64,000 nt of DNA, taken from Pristiophorus japonicus (Eukaryota). Numbering within the stretch: position 1 is the stretch's first letter; every line of letters begins with the position of its first letter. Positions 35,771 to 50,600 of the stretch are shown one piece after another. The notes beneath the pieces are model-generated. The model saw nothing but the letters and a program-made list of their open reading frames with translations. It made no database searches and was not told the origin of the DNA. The stretch lies in assembly GCF_044704955.1 (NCBI RefSeq), contig NC_091999.1:23808001-23872000 (forward strand). The letters run 5' to 3'. Both the position numbers and the translations under genes were made by a program.

Positions 35771-38379
35771 TCACAACCAAGTGAACTTTATTTTGTGCAG
35801 TACCCTTTGACCATGCCAGAGGGGGACATGTAGTGCTAACCCGAGAGTTGTCAAAACGAGGAAGATGATGTCGCCGGGCTCTGGCGACATTACCTTTAAC
35901 TTCTTGCTGCAGCGCGCGCCAGCCTTGCGGGAAGCGTTCTCCAAATTCCCGTGCAATTTACCAGGAGCCAGGAGTGTCCCCCACCCCTTGCGAAAATTGT
36001 CTTTTGCCCCGTTGGCACCCCTGGAGGCACTAACGGGCCTCTAAAAATGGGCAATTTGGCCCCATCAGTTATCCTTTTGCACTCCGTGCTGAGAATTATC
36101 CTGGGTTGATCCATAGTTCTTATAAACCGGTGGGTATCCTACTCGTAAGTGTAGAAGTATGACATACTTGCATGTTCTGTCAATATTAATAAAGTAAAAA
36201 AGTTCGAGAATATGTGTGGTTATAGATTTTCGATATATATATGCAGATAGAGAAATGGGAGGGGGAATGTGTGCGCGAATGCTCTGTTCAAGAGATGATG
36301 GATCATTATACTTTATCAAGAGTGTAGCATTGGCTGCGTTTCATTTCGATTTACTTCAATGTTTAACACAAACAGCGATCATTATAATGGGCAAAGTCGA
36401 TGAAAATAGATTGGTGTGCAAAAGGGGCTGGGATTGCCTGCGACACACTTTTTGCCTGGCAGCAAAAGTAGGAATTCACCCCAGTCCTACAATACTGATT
36501 CAGTATTATTATTCCTAGTTAAATAGAAACCGTTACTGAATTTGAGGAAAATAGTTGGTTGAAGATTTGGCGATTTTTTATAGTGTAAAGTGAGCAGCTG
36601 TGTAACATCAAACTAAAGTGCTATAACGCCCTTTATGCTGGAATTGTGTAAGTAAATAGTTAGCAGTTTCTATTAATGTAATTAAATAAATTCGCACAAA
36701 CATTTGCCAACATGTAAAAATGGAAAGTCACTTTCCTTTAGTCACCAAGAGCAAGCAAAAATATGTTTAGCATATTATTATTCAAGATTGCAATCGATAG
36801 ATTTTTGCATATTGGAGGTATCAAGGGATATGGTGATAGTACGGGAAGGTCGAGTTGAAGTCGAAGATCAGTGCTGTCCCTGTGATTTTGAAGCAATGGC
36901 CTCATTTACGCCAGGCCGGCAATTCGGGTCACCAAACGGGTGTCCCGATGCTGCTCCTGGGTTGAGATCTCCCAATATCCGGACGCTAAATGTCACGTGA
37001 ATTTCCTGTTCATCACTCTTTCTATCTCAATTTTTTCTCAAAGATTTGTGTCACACTCAAGTAGATGCGAACATATTTAAATGGAAATTTCATGCAGCTT
37101 ATTCTTTTATATCAAATGTTCATCTATCACTAAAATATTATAGCTTCTCTTTGCAACTAAATATAATATTTACAAGACAAAAACAACAAACTTATTTATA
37201 GTTTATTTAATTACGCGTGGCTACTAATGTACACTTTTTAAATAAATCTTAGCCAAAACTTGTTTTGTTCTACTGGCCTACGACTTGGCCCTGTGCCCAA
37301 CGCTCACCCTAATGACCGTTTCAAGACCTGTTCCAGATTCCCCGATGAATGTCGACCCCTCTGACTCCCTCAACGTTCATTATGTCTTAAACACTGGTCC
37401 TATGATCCATGTTAAATTCTAATTCTGTCTACTCAGCCTTAACGATTTTCTTGTCAAAGCCATCACTCCTCGGTTATCTAGCCCGGTTTTATGCTGAACG
37501 CGCAAGCAGCATGTCTTCCATCCCATCTTCCTTGCTCATCCACTTCTGGCCATCAGGAGTGTCTCAGAATCGAGCATCGCAAAATTACCCATTAACACTA
37601 AGCAGCCATACCTGAACAACGTTCTATCCAGTAAATAAACTATTCACCTTATTTGATAGTGATACTGACTCTCTCAATTAATAATTATTGTATAAATTAA
37701 ACATAATCACTTAAGTTAACTTACTCGATAAATGTAATCATTGATTGAATAATTGATTTAACAGCCTCACTTTTTAAAAATTCTATCCGATACATGTGAT
37801 CGTTCTCGTCTGATATCTACATTGGTTTACAAATGTAGTCTGTATTCAGTTTATATTCAGTCTTTCATTATCAGCAACGCAATCATTTCTGCTAGGAAAC
37901 CCACTAGAAGCCGACGAAAGATCCGATTTAAAGGCCAAAATTAGCGCATTATGAGAAATAACAATCAAAAGTGGGTAACAAAAATGAACCAAAACCCTCT
38001 GAAATGAAACTGCAAATGTTGCAGCTCTGAAAATAAACCACTGAGATGGAAATGCACAACAACTCAATCAGCATCTATAAAGAACACAGAAAGAACCTGG
38101 CTTCGGTTACAGGCCCTTCACCAGAAATGATAAATTCCTCACCAATGACCTACACATCAACCCTTACATGTCGAATGTTCCTTACAACCGGGGACCCATC
38201 TGTTACTCATGTGCAACTTTTCAATGTTGTCTTTTCATGCACACTGTGAGACAACGAAAATATTGAAGATTGCAATCCCCAATAATAGAAGCAACTAATT
38301 AAATGGGGATAAACCCCGAGATTTTATCTCTAGTGGAATAGAAAATAAAAGCCAAGAGATAATAATGAAACTATATAAT

Positions 38380-38800
38380 ACAAGAAATTGCATTTATATT
38401 GCGAATTTAACGTAGTAAAGCGTCCCAAGACGCTTCACAGGAGTATCATACTGAGCCAAATATACGGAACGATAACCAAATGCTTGATCAGAGAGATAGG
38501 TTTAAGGAGCGTCTTTCATGACGAGAGAGAGATAGCACGGTTCGAGAGAGAATTCCAAAGCTTAACGACTAGGGAGCTGAAGGCATGGCCACCAATGGTG
38601 GAATGAAGAACATTGGGGACGGGGGATAGGCCATAATTGAAGGAATGCATTCATGATCAAAGATGGTAGGGCTGAAGGAGGTTACAAAGTCTGGAGGTGT
38701 GGTGCAATGGAAGGATTTGGCCAACGGTGAGAACGTTCAAATCAAAGCGTTGTTCGACCAGGAACTCGTGTAGGTCAGCAAGCACAGGGCATGATGGATG
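38380..38800 (-). mobile_element. L2-type LINE 3' end
   Basis: TTGCATTTATAT.GCG..TTTAACGTAGTAAAGCGTCCCAAGACGCTTCACAGG and GAATTCCAAAGC...GCTGAAGGCATGGCCACCAATGGTGG, as in L2 3' ends. Confidence 0.6.
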
Positions 38801-39859
38801 AAACTGATGGTTGGAGTTAGTATACGGAAAGCATGGTTAACGAGATTTAGTTAAGAATACGGTATAAAGTATTGCAGTATAGGAAGGATAGTGAGGCAAT
38901 AGAGAGAGAAAATCACGCGATGCTGATTGGCATGATGGTATACAAATATCAATAAATCTTCCAAAATTGTTTTTTTATTGATTTGAACCCTAATTATGGG
39001 ATGATGTGATAGAAATGTTTCAAATTATGAAAAGATAAGACAAGGGAGCGAGAAACAGACTGCTTGCATTGATTGAGATATGTAGAACGTGGAACACAAA
39101 AGGTCGATCCCAACTGAGCAGCTTGGTGTTGGTGCTGGAAATGAAAATCGACCAGCTTCCATAAGGACAAGTGATCAGCGATGCCAGTTTTAGGTAATAG
39201 CTGCAAATTGCAATCCTACCTCAATATTGAAAGTCAGGGCCGAAGATATCATCTCAGGTGTTAGACACTGAATGTCAGGCACTGCGTATACCAGGCGATA
39301 TATACACCTGGATATTGTAAATTGCCTCCGTCCTTAGCAACACGGGAATATAAAAATCAGAAGGAACACTGGGGTGAAATTAGTGACGGGCTGTAGCGAA
39401 TAGGCCACCTGTTATATGCTCAATCGTAATTTCTTCTCCTTCGATGTCAATGGGCAGATAACCGGGAGAATTGTAAAACTGTTTAGTGATTACCTCTACC
39501 ATGAAAGACCAATTTCACCCATAATCATTTCAAGCAGGCACATCTTCACTTCAAGAGGTAGTGTAAAGCGGCTGATAATGAACCTGCAGCTCGTTTTATG
39601 GCCGCAATTTCGCCTACCTCAGTGGCTCCGTACAGGTTCCGATCTCGCTGCTGGCTCCAGCCAGTTATGTCGATAAGATTATCCATTGATTAAGCTTGTT
39701 AAGCCCGCCCAGAGCATTGCTCGGGCGGTTTGAAGGAAGGGGGCCTGATGACGTCATTTGGAGACGCGTCATCAGACGGTTTCCTGAAAGGGTCCTTTTC
39801 GAAATTGAATTTAATAGTTGTGCTCTGAGTGTTCCACAGTATTGAATTGCTACAAACAG

Positions 39860-40060
39860 TGACACGCACTGCAGAAAGATGCACGGCTTCACCCAGGCTC
39901 TCTTATGCAGCACAGAGAGACGTTTTCGTTACTTACTATGGGCAGGGGCGACCTCCCCAGGAATCCAAATCAACACGGTTGCACATTGCAGTGGAATCAA
40001 AGGCAGTGATATCGTCAGCAGGACCAGCCTGCAGTGGTGCAAATCTTTCCATGATCTAAG
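39860..40060 (+). mobile_element. degenerate Myb/SANT-like ORF remnant, probably from a PIF/Harbinger element
   Basis: Frameshifted pieces ASPRLS..QRDVF..GRPPQESK..HIAVE and IVSRTSLQWCKSFHDL resemble the RT..QCRKRFNDL MSANTD motif. Confidence 0.5.
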
Positions 40061-41299
40061 TGGATCACAACCTTTATTGCAAAGCCATTCTCAACCTTAT
40101 CCTGCTGTGCCACTCACCACAGCCCCATCACTTCCTGCACATTCTTACGCACATCAACTTTCCTTGCACATCCACCTATCCCTCTCTATCTACATTATAA
40201 CTTCTCCATCTCGCTAGCCACGCCCCATACTCACCCTCATCCTGTTGCAATTATACCAACTAACAACACACAAGGGTAGGCATGTGTAGTTTAGCCAATG
40301 ATCATACAAGCTTTCTGTTAATGTGCTGTCAAACATTGACACCTTTAATTTCATCACTTTGTGTTCTTGGACAGATTTATGCGCATCTTCAGATGTGATG
40401 CTATGAGCTGTGTGAATGTTGAAACATAACGGTACCCCCCGCAATGGCAACTAGTGTGAAAGCTGTGGCTTGGACACTGTAACGACGCTGTATGATGTTC
40501 TTTTGGAGTGGTGTCAAATGGCGCATTATGTGACAGGCAGGATGTACAGCGTCTGCTGAAGTAAATCATGGTCAGGCCATCCTTCCCGTCCTGGTCAGCA
40601 ATATGGCCGAGTTCTGATGCCCTCTCTCCTGTGCAGCATCAGTTGATTACGGAGAAGGATGTTGTTGTTGGTGCTGCTAGTGTTAATTGTGATTATGGTG
40701 CTGGCGCTAATCGTGATGGGATTCAGAGGAGCAAGGTGAGAAAGCTTAAATTGCCAAAGGCTAATGTAATACATGGCAAGTGACCTTGAGAGGACAGAAG
40801 TGATCTATCAATGGTGAGAGATTGTTCCGAATGTGAAACCTCCAATGAGAGATTGTTCCTAGGACGTGCAACGTCCACAAAGTTCAATGTGCCTCCCAAA
40901 CCCAGTAAGCAAGACGTTTTAATCTTGAAATACAAACAGCTGTGAGATGGGAGTATTACAACATATTTGTAGCTAACAGGTAAAGAAATGAATTCATGGT
41001 AACAGATCGCCCGATGTCCTGCTTCCCGAGCCGTGTGAATCTCATTGAAAACCTGGCAAAATGGGAAGTTCAGCTCAACATTATTTTTAATAAACTCTTA
41101 ACAAGGTCACAATGACCTAAATTGCCTCGCCTGCTGCAGCGTGGCGGGTCTGCTGAGAGTTTACAGACCGGACATCTGGGAAAGTAGCATGGTGCTCGGT
41201 CCCAACCCACTGTCAATGTTTTTATTTTGATAGCTGACTCTCCACCGATCCCGCCCTCTGATCGCTGGGAAAACTCCAGCATCCCAATTTGTATTTCTA

Positions 41300-44200
41300 T
41301 TGAAGTCACACAATACAAGGTGTACTAAAACAAAATAATGTGTCGGTAGACAATACAAGGTGTACTCACACAATATAAGCACTACTCACACAATACAAGG
41401 TGAAATCACACAATACAATGTATCCTCACAAAATACATGGTGTACTGACACAACAGAAGATGCATAAACTGACAATGCAAGTTGCAGTCACACATTACAA
41501 TGGATTCTCACACAATACATGATGTACTCACACAATAGAAGCTGTACTCACACAATAGATAATATATTCACACAATACAAGATGTACTCGCACAATATAA
41601 GATGTGCTAACACAATACAATGTCTACTTATACAATACAATGTGTACTCACCTGCTTTAAAGTGTACTGCCACAATACAATATATATTCACACAATACAA
41701 GATGTACTCACACAATACAAGGTGTACTCACACAATACAAGATGTACTCTCACAATACAAGATGTACTCGTTCAATAAAATGTGTACTCACACAATACAA
41801 TGTGTACTCAAATATTCCAATTTATTCTCACACAATAAAACGTGAACTGGCAGATTACGGGATGTACTCACACAATACAAGGTGTATTCACATAATGCAA
41901 AGTGTAATCACACAATACAAGCTGTACACTAACAATACAAGGGTAATCACATTACAAGTTGTAATCACACAATACAAGGTGTAATCACACAATACAAGGT
42001 CTATTCACAATACAAGATGTAATCACACAATTCAAGGTGTATTCACAATACAAGGTGTAATCACACAATACAAGGTGTAATCACACAATACAAGATGTAT
42101 TCACACGATACAAGGTTTACTCACATGATACAAGGCATACGCACAAAATGCGAGGTGTACTCACAAAGTGCAAAGTGCTCACAAAATACAAAATGTACTC
42201 ACGAAATACAAGGTTTACTCACACAGTACAACGTGTACGAACACAATTCAAGATGTACTCATGCAACTCTGATTGTCCTCGCAAAATACAAGGTGTGTAC
42301 ACACAATACAATGTGTAGAAACATAGAAACCAGAGAAAATAGGTGCAGGAGCAGCCCATTCGGAACTTCGAGACTGCACCACCATTCAATATGATCAGGG
42401 CTGATAATGCTATTTCAGTACCCCATTACTGCCTTCTCTCCATACCCACTGATCCCTTTAGCCGTAATGGCCAAATCTAACTCCCTTTTGAATATATCCA
42501 ACGAACTGGTCTCAAAAGCTTTCTGTGGTAGAGAATTCCATAGGTTCACGATATTCTGGGTGAAAAAGCTTCTCCTCATCACGGTCCTATATGGCTTACC
42601 CCTTTTCATTAGACTGTGACACCTGGTTCTGGACTTCCCCAACATCGGGAACAAAGTTCGTGCATCCGACCTGACCAATCTCGTCAGAATTTTATATACT
42701 TCGATGACATTCCCTCTCATTCTTCTAAATTCCAGTGAATATAAGCCAATTGATCCAACCTTTCTTCATATGTCAGTGCTGCCATCCCGGGAATCAGTCC
42801 GGTTAACCTTCGCTTCACACCCTCAAAAGCAAGAAAGTCCTTCCTCAGATTAGGAGACAAAACTGCACACAATACTCAGGGTGTGGTCTCACCAAGGCCC
42901 TGTACAACTGCAGCAAGACCGTCCTGCTCCCATACTCAAATCCTCATGCTATGAAGGCCAACATGCCATTTGTTTTCTTTACTGTCTGCTGTACATGCCT
43001 GCCTATTTTAATGACTGATGTACCATGATGCCCAGGTTTCGTTGCACTTCCCCTTTTACAAATATTTCACGATTCAGATAATAATTTGCCTTCCTATGTT
43101 TGCCACCAAAGTGGATAAGCTCACACTTCTCCATATTTTACTCAATCTGCCATGCATTTTTCCACTCACTTATCCGGCGAATTCAACCTGCAGCCTCTTA
43201 GTATCCTCCTCACAGCTCACACTGCCACCCAGCTTAGTGTTATCTGCAAAGTTGGAGATATTACCTTCAATTCCTTCGTCTAAATCATTAATATATATTG
43301 TAAATAGTTGGGGTCCCAGCACTGAAACTTGCGGTATCCCACTACCCCTCAAAATTAAACCCTTTGTCTTTCTCTACTGAATTCTAAACTTCTTCCAGTC
43401 CTCAGGTTTGCTACTTTTTCTGGCCAATTTATGTGCCTCTTCCTTGGATTTAACAATATCCACAATTCCCCGTGTTAACCACGGCTGAGCCTTCATCCCC
43501 GTTTTATTTTAATGCCAGACAGGGATGTACAATTGTTGTAGTTCATCCATGTGATCTTTAAATGTCTGCCATTGCCTATCTACCATCAACCCTTTAAGTA
43601 TCATTCGCCACTCTATCCTAGCCAATTCATGTCTCATACCATCGAACTTACCTTTCTTTAAGTTCAGGACCCTAGACTCTGGATTAACTGTGACATTATC
43701 CTTCTTAATGAAGAATTATACCATATTATGGTCACTCTTCCCCTCGCATGACAAGATTGCTAATTAATCCTTCCTCATTACACAAGACCCAGTCTAGGAT
43801 GGACTGCTCTTTAGTTGATTCATCGACATATTGGTATAGAAAACCATCCCAAATACACTCCAGGAAATCCTCCTCCACAGTACTGCTACCAGTTTGGTTA
43901 CCCAGTCCATATGTAGATTTAAGTCATCAATGATAACTGCTGTACCTGTATTGCACGCATCCCTAATTTCCTGTTTCTTGCCATCCTCACGCTCACTACT
44001 ACTGTTTGGTGGTCTGTACATAATTACCGAAAACATTTTCTGACCTTTGGTGTTTCGCAGCTCTATCCATATAGATTCCACATCACTCAAGGTAATGTCC
44101 TGCCTTACTATTGTGTTAATCTCCTCTTTAATCAGTAACGCTACCCCACCTGCTTTTCCTTTCTGTCTATCCTTCCTGAATATTGAATACCAATGGATGT

Positions 44201-46280
44201 TGTGTTCCCAGCCCTGGTTACCCTGGAGCCATGTCTCCGAAATTCCCAATTACATTATATCCGTTAAAAGCAATCTGCGCTATTAATTCATCCACCTTAT
44301 TATGAATGCTCCTCGCATTGAGACTCAAAGCCTTCAGGCTTGTTTTTTTAAAACTCTTTGTCCTTTAGAATTATATTTTAATATGTCGCTTTTTGATTTC
44401 TCTGCCCTCCACTCTTACTTTTCTCCTTCCTATCTTTTACTTCTGCCGCCTTTTTACTTCCCTCTGCCTCCCTAAATAGATCCCCATCCCCCTGCCATAT
44501 TCGGTTAAACCCTCGTCAACAGCACTAGCAAACACACCACCGAGGACCTCGGTCCCGGTCCTGCCCAGGTGCAGACCATCCGGTTTGTACTGGTCCCATC
44601 TCCCACAGAACCAGTTCCAATGTCCCAGGAATTTGAATACCTCCCCCTTGCCCCAGTCCTCAAGCCACGTATTCATTTGAACTATCCTGCTGTTCCAACT
44701 CTGAATAGCACGTGGCACTGATTGCAATCCTGAGATTCTACCTTTGAGCCCCGACTTTTAAACTTAACTCCTAGCTCCCTAAATTCAGCTTGTAGAATGT
44801 CATCCAGTTTTTTACCTGAATTGTTGGTACCTATATGCACCACGATAGTTGGCTGTTCATCCTTCCCCTCCACAATGCCCTGCACCCGCTCCAAGACACC
44901 CTTGACCCTTGCACCAGGGAGGCAACATACCACTCTGGAGTCTCGTTTGCGGCCGCAGAAACGCCTATCTCTCCCACTTATAATGGAATCTCCTCTCACT
45001 ATATACCTTCCACTCTTTTTCCAGTTCACCTGCGCAGCACAGTTACCCCTGCTGCCATGAACTTGGCAGCTGCTCCCTTTCCCTGATGAGCCACCATCCT
45101 CAACAGTATCCAAAACTGTATATCTGCCCTACCTTCCGTCCCCTGCTCTTCCTGATGGTCACCCATTCCCTATCTGTCTGTGTCATCTTTACCTGCTGTG
45201 TGACCAACTCACTAAACATGCTATCCAAGACATCCTCAGCATCGCGGATGCTCCAGAGTGAATCCATGCACAGCTCCAGTGCCTCAATGTGACCTGACAG
45301 GAGCTGTAGCTCGACACACTTCACGCACACATAGTAGCCAGTGTCCCTGACTTCCCACATACCACAGGAGGAGCAGGACACGGCTCTGGGCTCTCCTGCC
45401 ATGACTTAACCTTTAGATTAACATAATTTGGCAACAATGCCAAAGGTTTCCTACTGATGAGAAAAGAAAAAGATAAAGAAAAAATGCTTACCAATCAACC
45501 AGCCAAAAACTTACCCGCTTGGCTGTGACATTACCCTTCGATTTCTTTTTACTTCTATTTTGCTTTTTGATTTTTGACGCTACACCAGCTGTTCCTGCGA
45601 CTGCTCTTCCTGACGATCTGCCGCAGAACTTTTATCCGCCTCGATCCTCCCATTCCCTCTAGCTCCTCCAACTGATGCTCCTCCCGATCAGAGAGCAAGG
45701 TTTACTCACATAATACATGTTGTACTTATACAATACAAGCTGAAATTACGCAATACAATCTATTCTCACACAATACAAGGTGTACATACACATTACAAGG
45801 TTTACGCACACAACACCAAGGTGTACTCACATAATAAAAGGTGTACACATACAGTAAAAGGGGTGCTCATACAATACAAGGAGTACACATACAACAAAAG
45901 CTTTACTTTCACAATACAAGATGTACTTACACGATAAAACGTGTGCTCATATCATAAAAGTTATACTCACTCGATATAAAATGTAAACTCACACCATAAT
46001 ATCAATACTCACACTATATAAGCTGTATTCATACAACAAAGTCAGTACGCACACAATACAAGGTGTGCTCACACAATAAAAGCTTTACTTATAAATACAT
46101 GGTGTACTCCCACAATACAAGTTGTAGTCACGCAACACAAGCTGTACTCATGCAACACAAGTTCTACTCACACAATATATCGTGACTTCACACAATACAA
46201 AGTGTACCCACACAAAACAACATATACGGACAAATGTTAATCTGTACTCACACAACACATTGCATTCTCACCCGATACAA
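41300..46280. repeat. 20-bp minisatellite (TGTACTCACACAATACAAGG), interrupted by a CR1
   Basis: Arrays at ~41300-42315 and ~45695-46280 flank the LINE. Confidence 0.9.
42316..45690 (-). mobile_element. near-full-length CR1 with internal ORF2 deletion (junction ~43345)
   Basis: 3' tail, RT, endonuclease and ORF1 pieces (MAGEPRAVSCSSCGMWEVRD, VRGDSII, DGLHL), plus 5' UTR like the 18-kb copy. Confidence 0.9.
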
Positions 46281-47330
46281 AGTATCATCATTGGCAGTGC
46301 GTCGAAACGAGGATGACTTGCTTCCACGCCAAAAAGAAGGATGAGTTCACAGATGTTTCAATGAAGAACCTAATATTCCAGGTTCCAAACTACATCCTGA
46401 CGGGTGGAAGATGCTTGTGCATGAATTTTTTTAACGTGTGGTGGCCGTTACACACCAGCCGCCACACGGGCTTGACAGAGCTAGGTCTTATTCCAGTGGC
46501 AAGGGTTATCCTAGATGTGCTCTGTTGCACGGACCTAGTGTGCACACATATCACTGTGTGGTCTGGCCCGCGCTGCCCAATGGCACCGAACTCACGCCTC
46601 TGTAAGCTACAAGGCTACGGACTCAGAGCTGGAAAGTGGGATTAGGCTGGATAGCTCTCTATCAGTCTGCGCAAACACGATGGGCCTAAATGGCCTCCTT
46701 CCTTGCTGTAAATTTCTATGGTTATATAATGAGAAATAATTAACAGTTTCGGGGGTCGATAACCAGGTGTTTAAAGGCCATTCATTTCTCTCTTTCCATA
46801 TCGCTGTTAGTTAAAGGAACACAGATTGATTTCCCCTCATTATGCATCTTTAGTTGTGAAACAAAAATCCTTCCTGTTAATAGAGAACCACATTCTGCAC
46901 TGGGGGAGACGGCGGGTAGCTTCAGCCTTTAAAATTCTCCTCCTCTTGTTCAAATCCCGCCAACACCTCGCCACTCCCTATCTCTGTAACCTCCTCCAGC
47001 CCACCAACCCTCTTAATGAAGGAAAACATTTTCAGTGTCAGACGGCTCGGTAGCCGGAGGACACCGATTTAACATGATTGGCAAATGAACCAGATGCCAC
47101 AAGAGCGAAAAACATTCAGTAGCGAAATGTTATGGCCTGGAACGCACTGCCTGTAAGGGTGGTGGAGGCAGATTCACTCTTTACGTGCAAAAGAGATAAA
47201 TATTTGAGTTGCAAAGATTTGCAGGGTTATGAGGCAGAGCAGTGGAGTCGACTAATTATACAGCTTAGGATAAGCAAGAGAGTAAAGAATGTTCCAGAGA
47301 AACTAGAACTGTCTGTAGAGAATTTATATC

Positions 47331-47620
47331 TTGGGCAGGCAGCTCAGTCGGTTGGAATGCACATCCTGGGCAGGCAGCTCAGTCCCATGGAATGCACATC
47401 CTGGGCAGGCAGCTCAGTCCCATGGAATGTACATCCTGGGCAGGGAAGCTCAATCCCACGGAATGCACATCCTGGGCAGGCAGCTCAGTCCCATGGAATG
47501 CACATCCTGGGCAGGCAGCTCAGTCCCATGGAATGTACATCCTGGGCAGGCAGCACAGTCCCATGGAATGTACATCCTGGTCAGGCAGCACAGTCACATG
47601 GAATACACATACTGGGCCAT
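47331..47620. repeat. 35-bp minisatellite, ~8 copies
   Basis: CTGGGCAGGCAGCTCAGTCCCATGGAATGCACATC repeats. Confidence 0.92.
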
Positions 47621-47659
47621 GTGGGAACATCTGGATGACCACGTTGCGGGAAGTGTCGC

Positions 47660-50600
47660 CAGCTCCCTAATTGCCTGTTTGATGCCCTCCCCAACATCAC
47701 TACTACTGTCTGGATGTCGGTACACAACTCCCACTAACGTGTATTGCCCTTTGTTGTTCTGCAGCTCTACCCATATAGATTCCTTATCATAGGGGTGCAT
47801 TTTGAGCACCGGGTTTCGGAGCTTGAGCAGTTGCTAGCGTCAATGCAGTCTATCCGCGGGGCTGAGAGCTTCGAGAATAACGTATTTCAGGAGGTAGTCA
47901 CCCAGCAGCTTAAAATTGTGCAGGCATAGAGGGAATGGAAGATCGTCAGACAGACAAGGAGGAACTGGCATGTAGGACAGGAATCGCCTGACTCATTAAC
48001 CGCTTTTCAGTTCTGGTTAATGAGGAGCATGATGGTTGCTCTGGGGAGTGAAGCCAGTGCCAAGTCCATGGAACCATGGGTGGCTCAGCTGTACAGAAGG
48101 GAAGGAAGAAGAGTGGAAGAGCAATAGTGGTAGGTCATTTGATACATGGGGAATAGACAGACATAGAAACATAGAAAATAGGTGCAGGACTAGGCCATTT
48201 GGCCCTTCTAGCCTGTACCGCCATTCAATGAGTTCATGGCTGAACATGCAACTTCAGTACCCCATTCCTGCTTTCTCGCCATACCCCTTGATCCCCCTAG
48301 TAATAAGGACGTTTGGAGGCTGCAGACGTGACTGCAGGATAGTTATTGCCTGCCTGGTTCCAGGGTCAAGGTTTGTCACTGATAGGGTGCAGGACATTGT
48401 GAGGGAACGGGGGGGAGGGGGGTGAATAGCAGAAGTCGTGGTCTATATTGTCAGCAATGACAAAGGTCGAAAGAAGAATGACGTCCTTCAGGCAGTTTTA
48501 AGGGAGCTGGAAAGGAGACTAAAAAACAGGATATCAAATGTAGTAATCTCCAGATTACTCCCAGTACCACGTGCTAGTGAGTACAGAAATAGGAGGATCG
48601 AGCAGGTGAATATGTGGCTTGAGACGATGCAGGAGGGAAGACTTTAAATTTCTGTGGTATTGCGACTGTTTCTGGGGGCGGTGGGAACTGGACAAGCCAG
48701 TCGGGTTGCACCTGAACAAAGCTGGGACATAGATCCTCTACAAGCTGGGAGAGCCTCAGCTCGTTGGTGGGACAATTTTTGGATAAAATGCTGAGGGATA
48801 GGATAAATCTTCATTTGGGAAGACACGGATTAATCAAGGACAGTCAGCATGGATTTGTTAAGGGAAAGCCGGGTCTGTCTACCGATTGACTCTCCTATAT
48901 AGCCCCTCAAAAAATGTAATGAGGGCAGTGCATTTGAATATGTGTATATGAATTCTAGCAGCGATTTTGATAAAGTCCCACAAGGCAGACTGGTCACAAA
49001 AGTATAAGCAATTGGGATACGAGGCAAAGTGGCAAGTTGGATCCAAAATTGGCTCAGAGTCAGGAAGCAAAGGTTAATGGTTGATGGGTGTTTTTGAGAC
49101 TGGAAGGCTGTCTCCAGTGGGGAATCCATAGGGCTCACTACTAGGTCCCTTTTTTATCAATAATTTGGACTTCAATCTATAGGGTATGATTAGGAAGTAT
49201 GCAGATGACACACAAATTGCCGTTGTGTTTGATAATGAAGAAGAAAGTTATAGACTGCAGGAAGATGTCAATGGACTGATCAGGTGGGCAGAATAGTAGT
49301 AAGTGGACTTCAATCCGCGGAAGTGTGAGGTCTTGCATTTGGGTGGGCTAACAAGGCAAGGGAATACACAATGAATCGTAGGATACTGAGAAGTGTAAAT
49401 GAATAAAGAGACCTAGGAGTGCATATCCACAGACCCATGAAGGTTTCAGGACAGGTAGACATTATAAATACATTAAGAGGATAACTAGAGAAAGAATGGG
49501 GCCTATTAGAGACCACAAAGGAAATCTGTGTGTGGAAGCAGAAGATGTGAATATAATTCTTAATAAATACCCTGCATTTGTTTTCACAAAAGAGAGGGGC
49601 GATGCAGATTTTGCAATGAGGGATGAGTGTGAAATATTGGACGAGGTAAACATAGTTGGAGAAGAAGTATTAAGGGACTTAGCAGCTTTGAAAGTGGATA
49701 AATCCCCAGGCCCAGATGAAATGTATTTCAGGCTGTAAGCGAAGCAAAAGAGGAAATAGCAGAGGCTCTGACCATCATTTTCCAATCCACACTGGCTACA
49801 GGTGTGGTGCCAGAGGACTGAAGGACCTCTGATGTTTAACCTTTGTTTAAAAAGGGAGACAAGGATAGATCGATTTATTAAAGGCCAGTCAGCCTAACCT
49901 CAGTGGTGGGATTTTTTTTTGGAAAAATCCTGAATGACAGGATAAATCTTTATTTGGAAAGACATGGATTAATCAGGAACAGTCCGCACGGATTTGTTCA
50001 GGGAAGGTCATATCTGACTAACTTGATTGAATCTGTCCCCTCTTCCAGGTCATCTATGCATATTGTAAACAATTGTGGTCCCAGCACCGATCCCTGTGGC
50101 ACACCACTAACCACCGGTTTCCAACCCGAAAAGGACCCATTTATCCCGACTCTCTGCTTTATGTTAGCCAGCCAATTCTCAATCCATGCTAATACATTTC
50201 CTCTGACTCCACTTACCTTTATCTTCTGCAGTAACCTTTTGTGTGGCACCTTATCGAATGCCTTTTGGAAATCTAAATGCACCACATTCTTCGGTATTCA
50301 CCATGCTCATTATATCCTCAAAGAATTCCAGTAAATTAGTTAAACTTGATTTCCCCTTCATGAATCCATGTTGCGTCTGCTTTATTGCACTATTCCTATC
50401 TAGATGTCCCGCTATTCCTTCCTTAATGAGAGCTTCAAGCATTTTCCCCACTACAGATGTTAAACTAACCGGCCTATAGTTACTTGCCTTTTGTCTGCCC
50501 CCTTTGTTAAACAGAGGCGTTACATTAGCTGCTTTCCAATCCGCTGGACCTCCCCAGAGTCCAGAGAATTTTGATAGATTATAACGAATGCATCTGCTAT

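Noticed and set aside
37846-38067. FCYPLLIVI as the missing first exon of the GPCR
   Set aside because: Lacks the expected GVP ending and a donor at the right position.
47331-47620. 35-bp direct repeats superficially like a CRISPR array
   Set aside because: Head-to-tail units with no unique spacers, in vertebrate DNA; a simple minisatellite.
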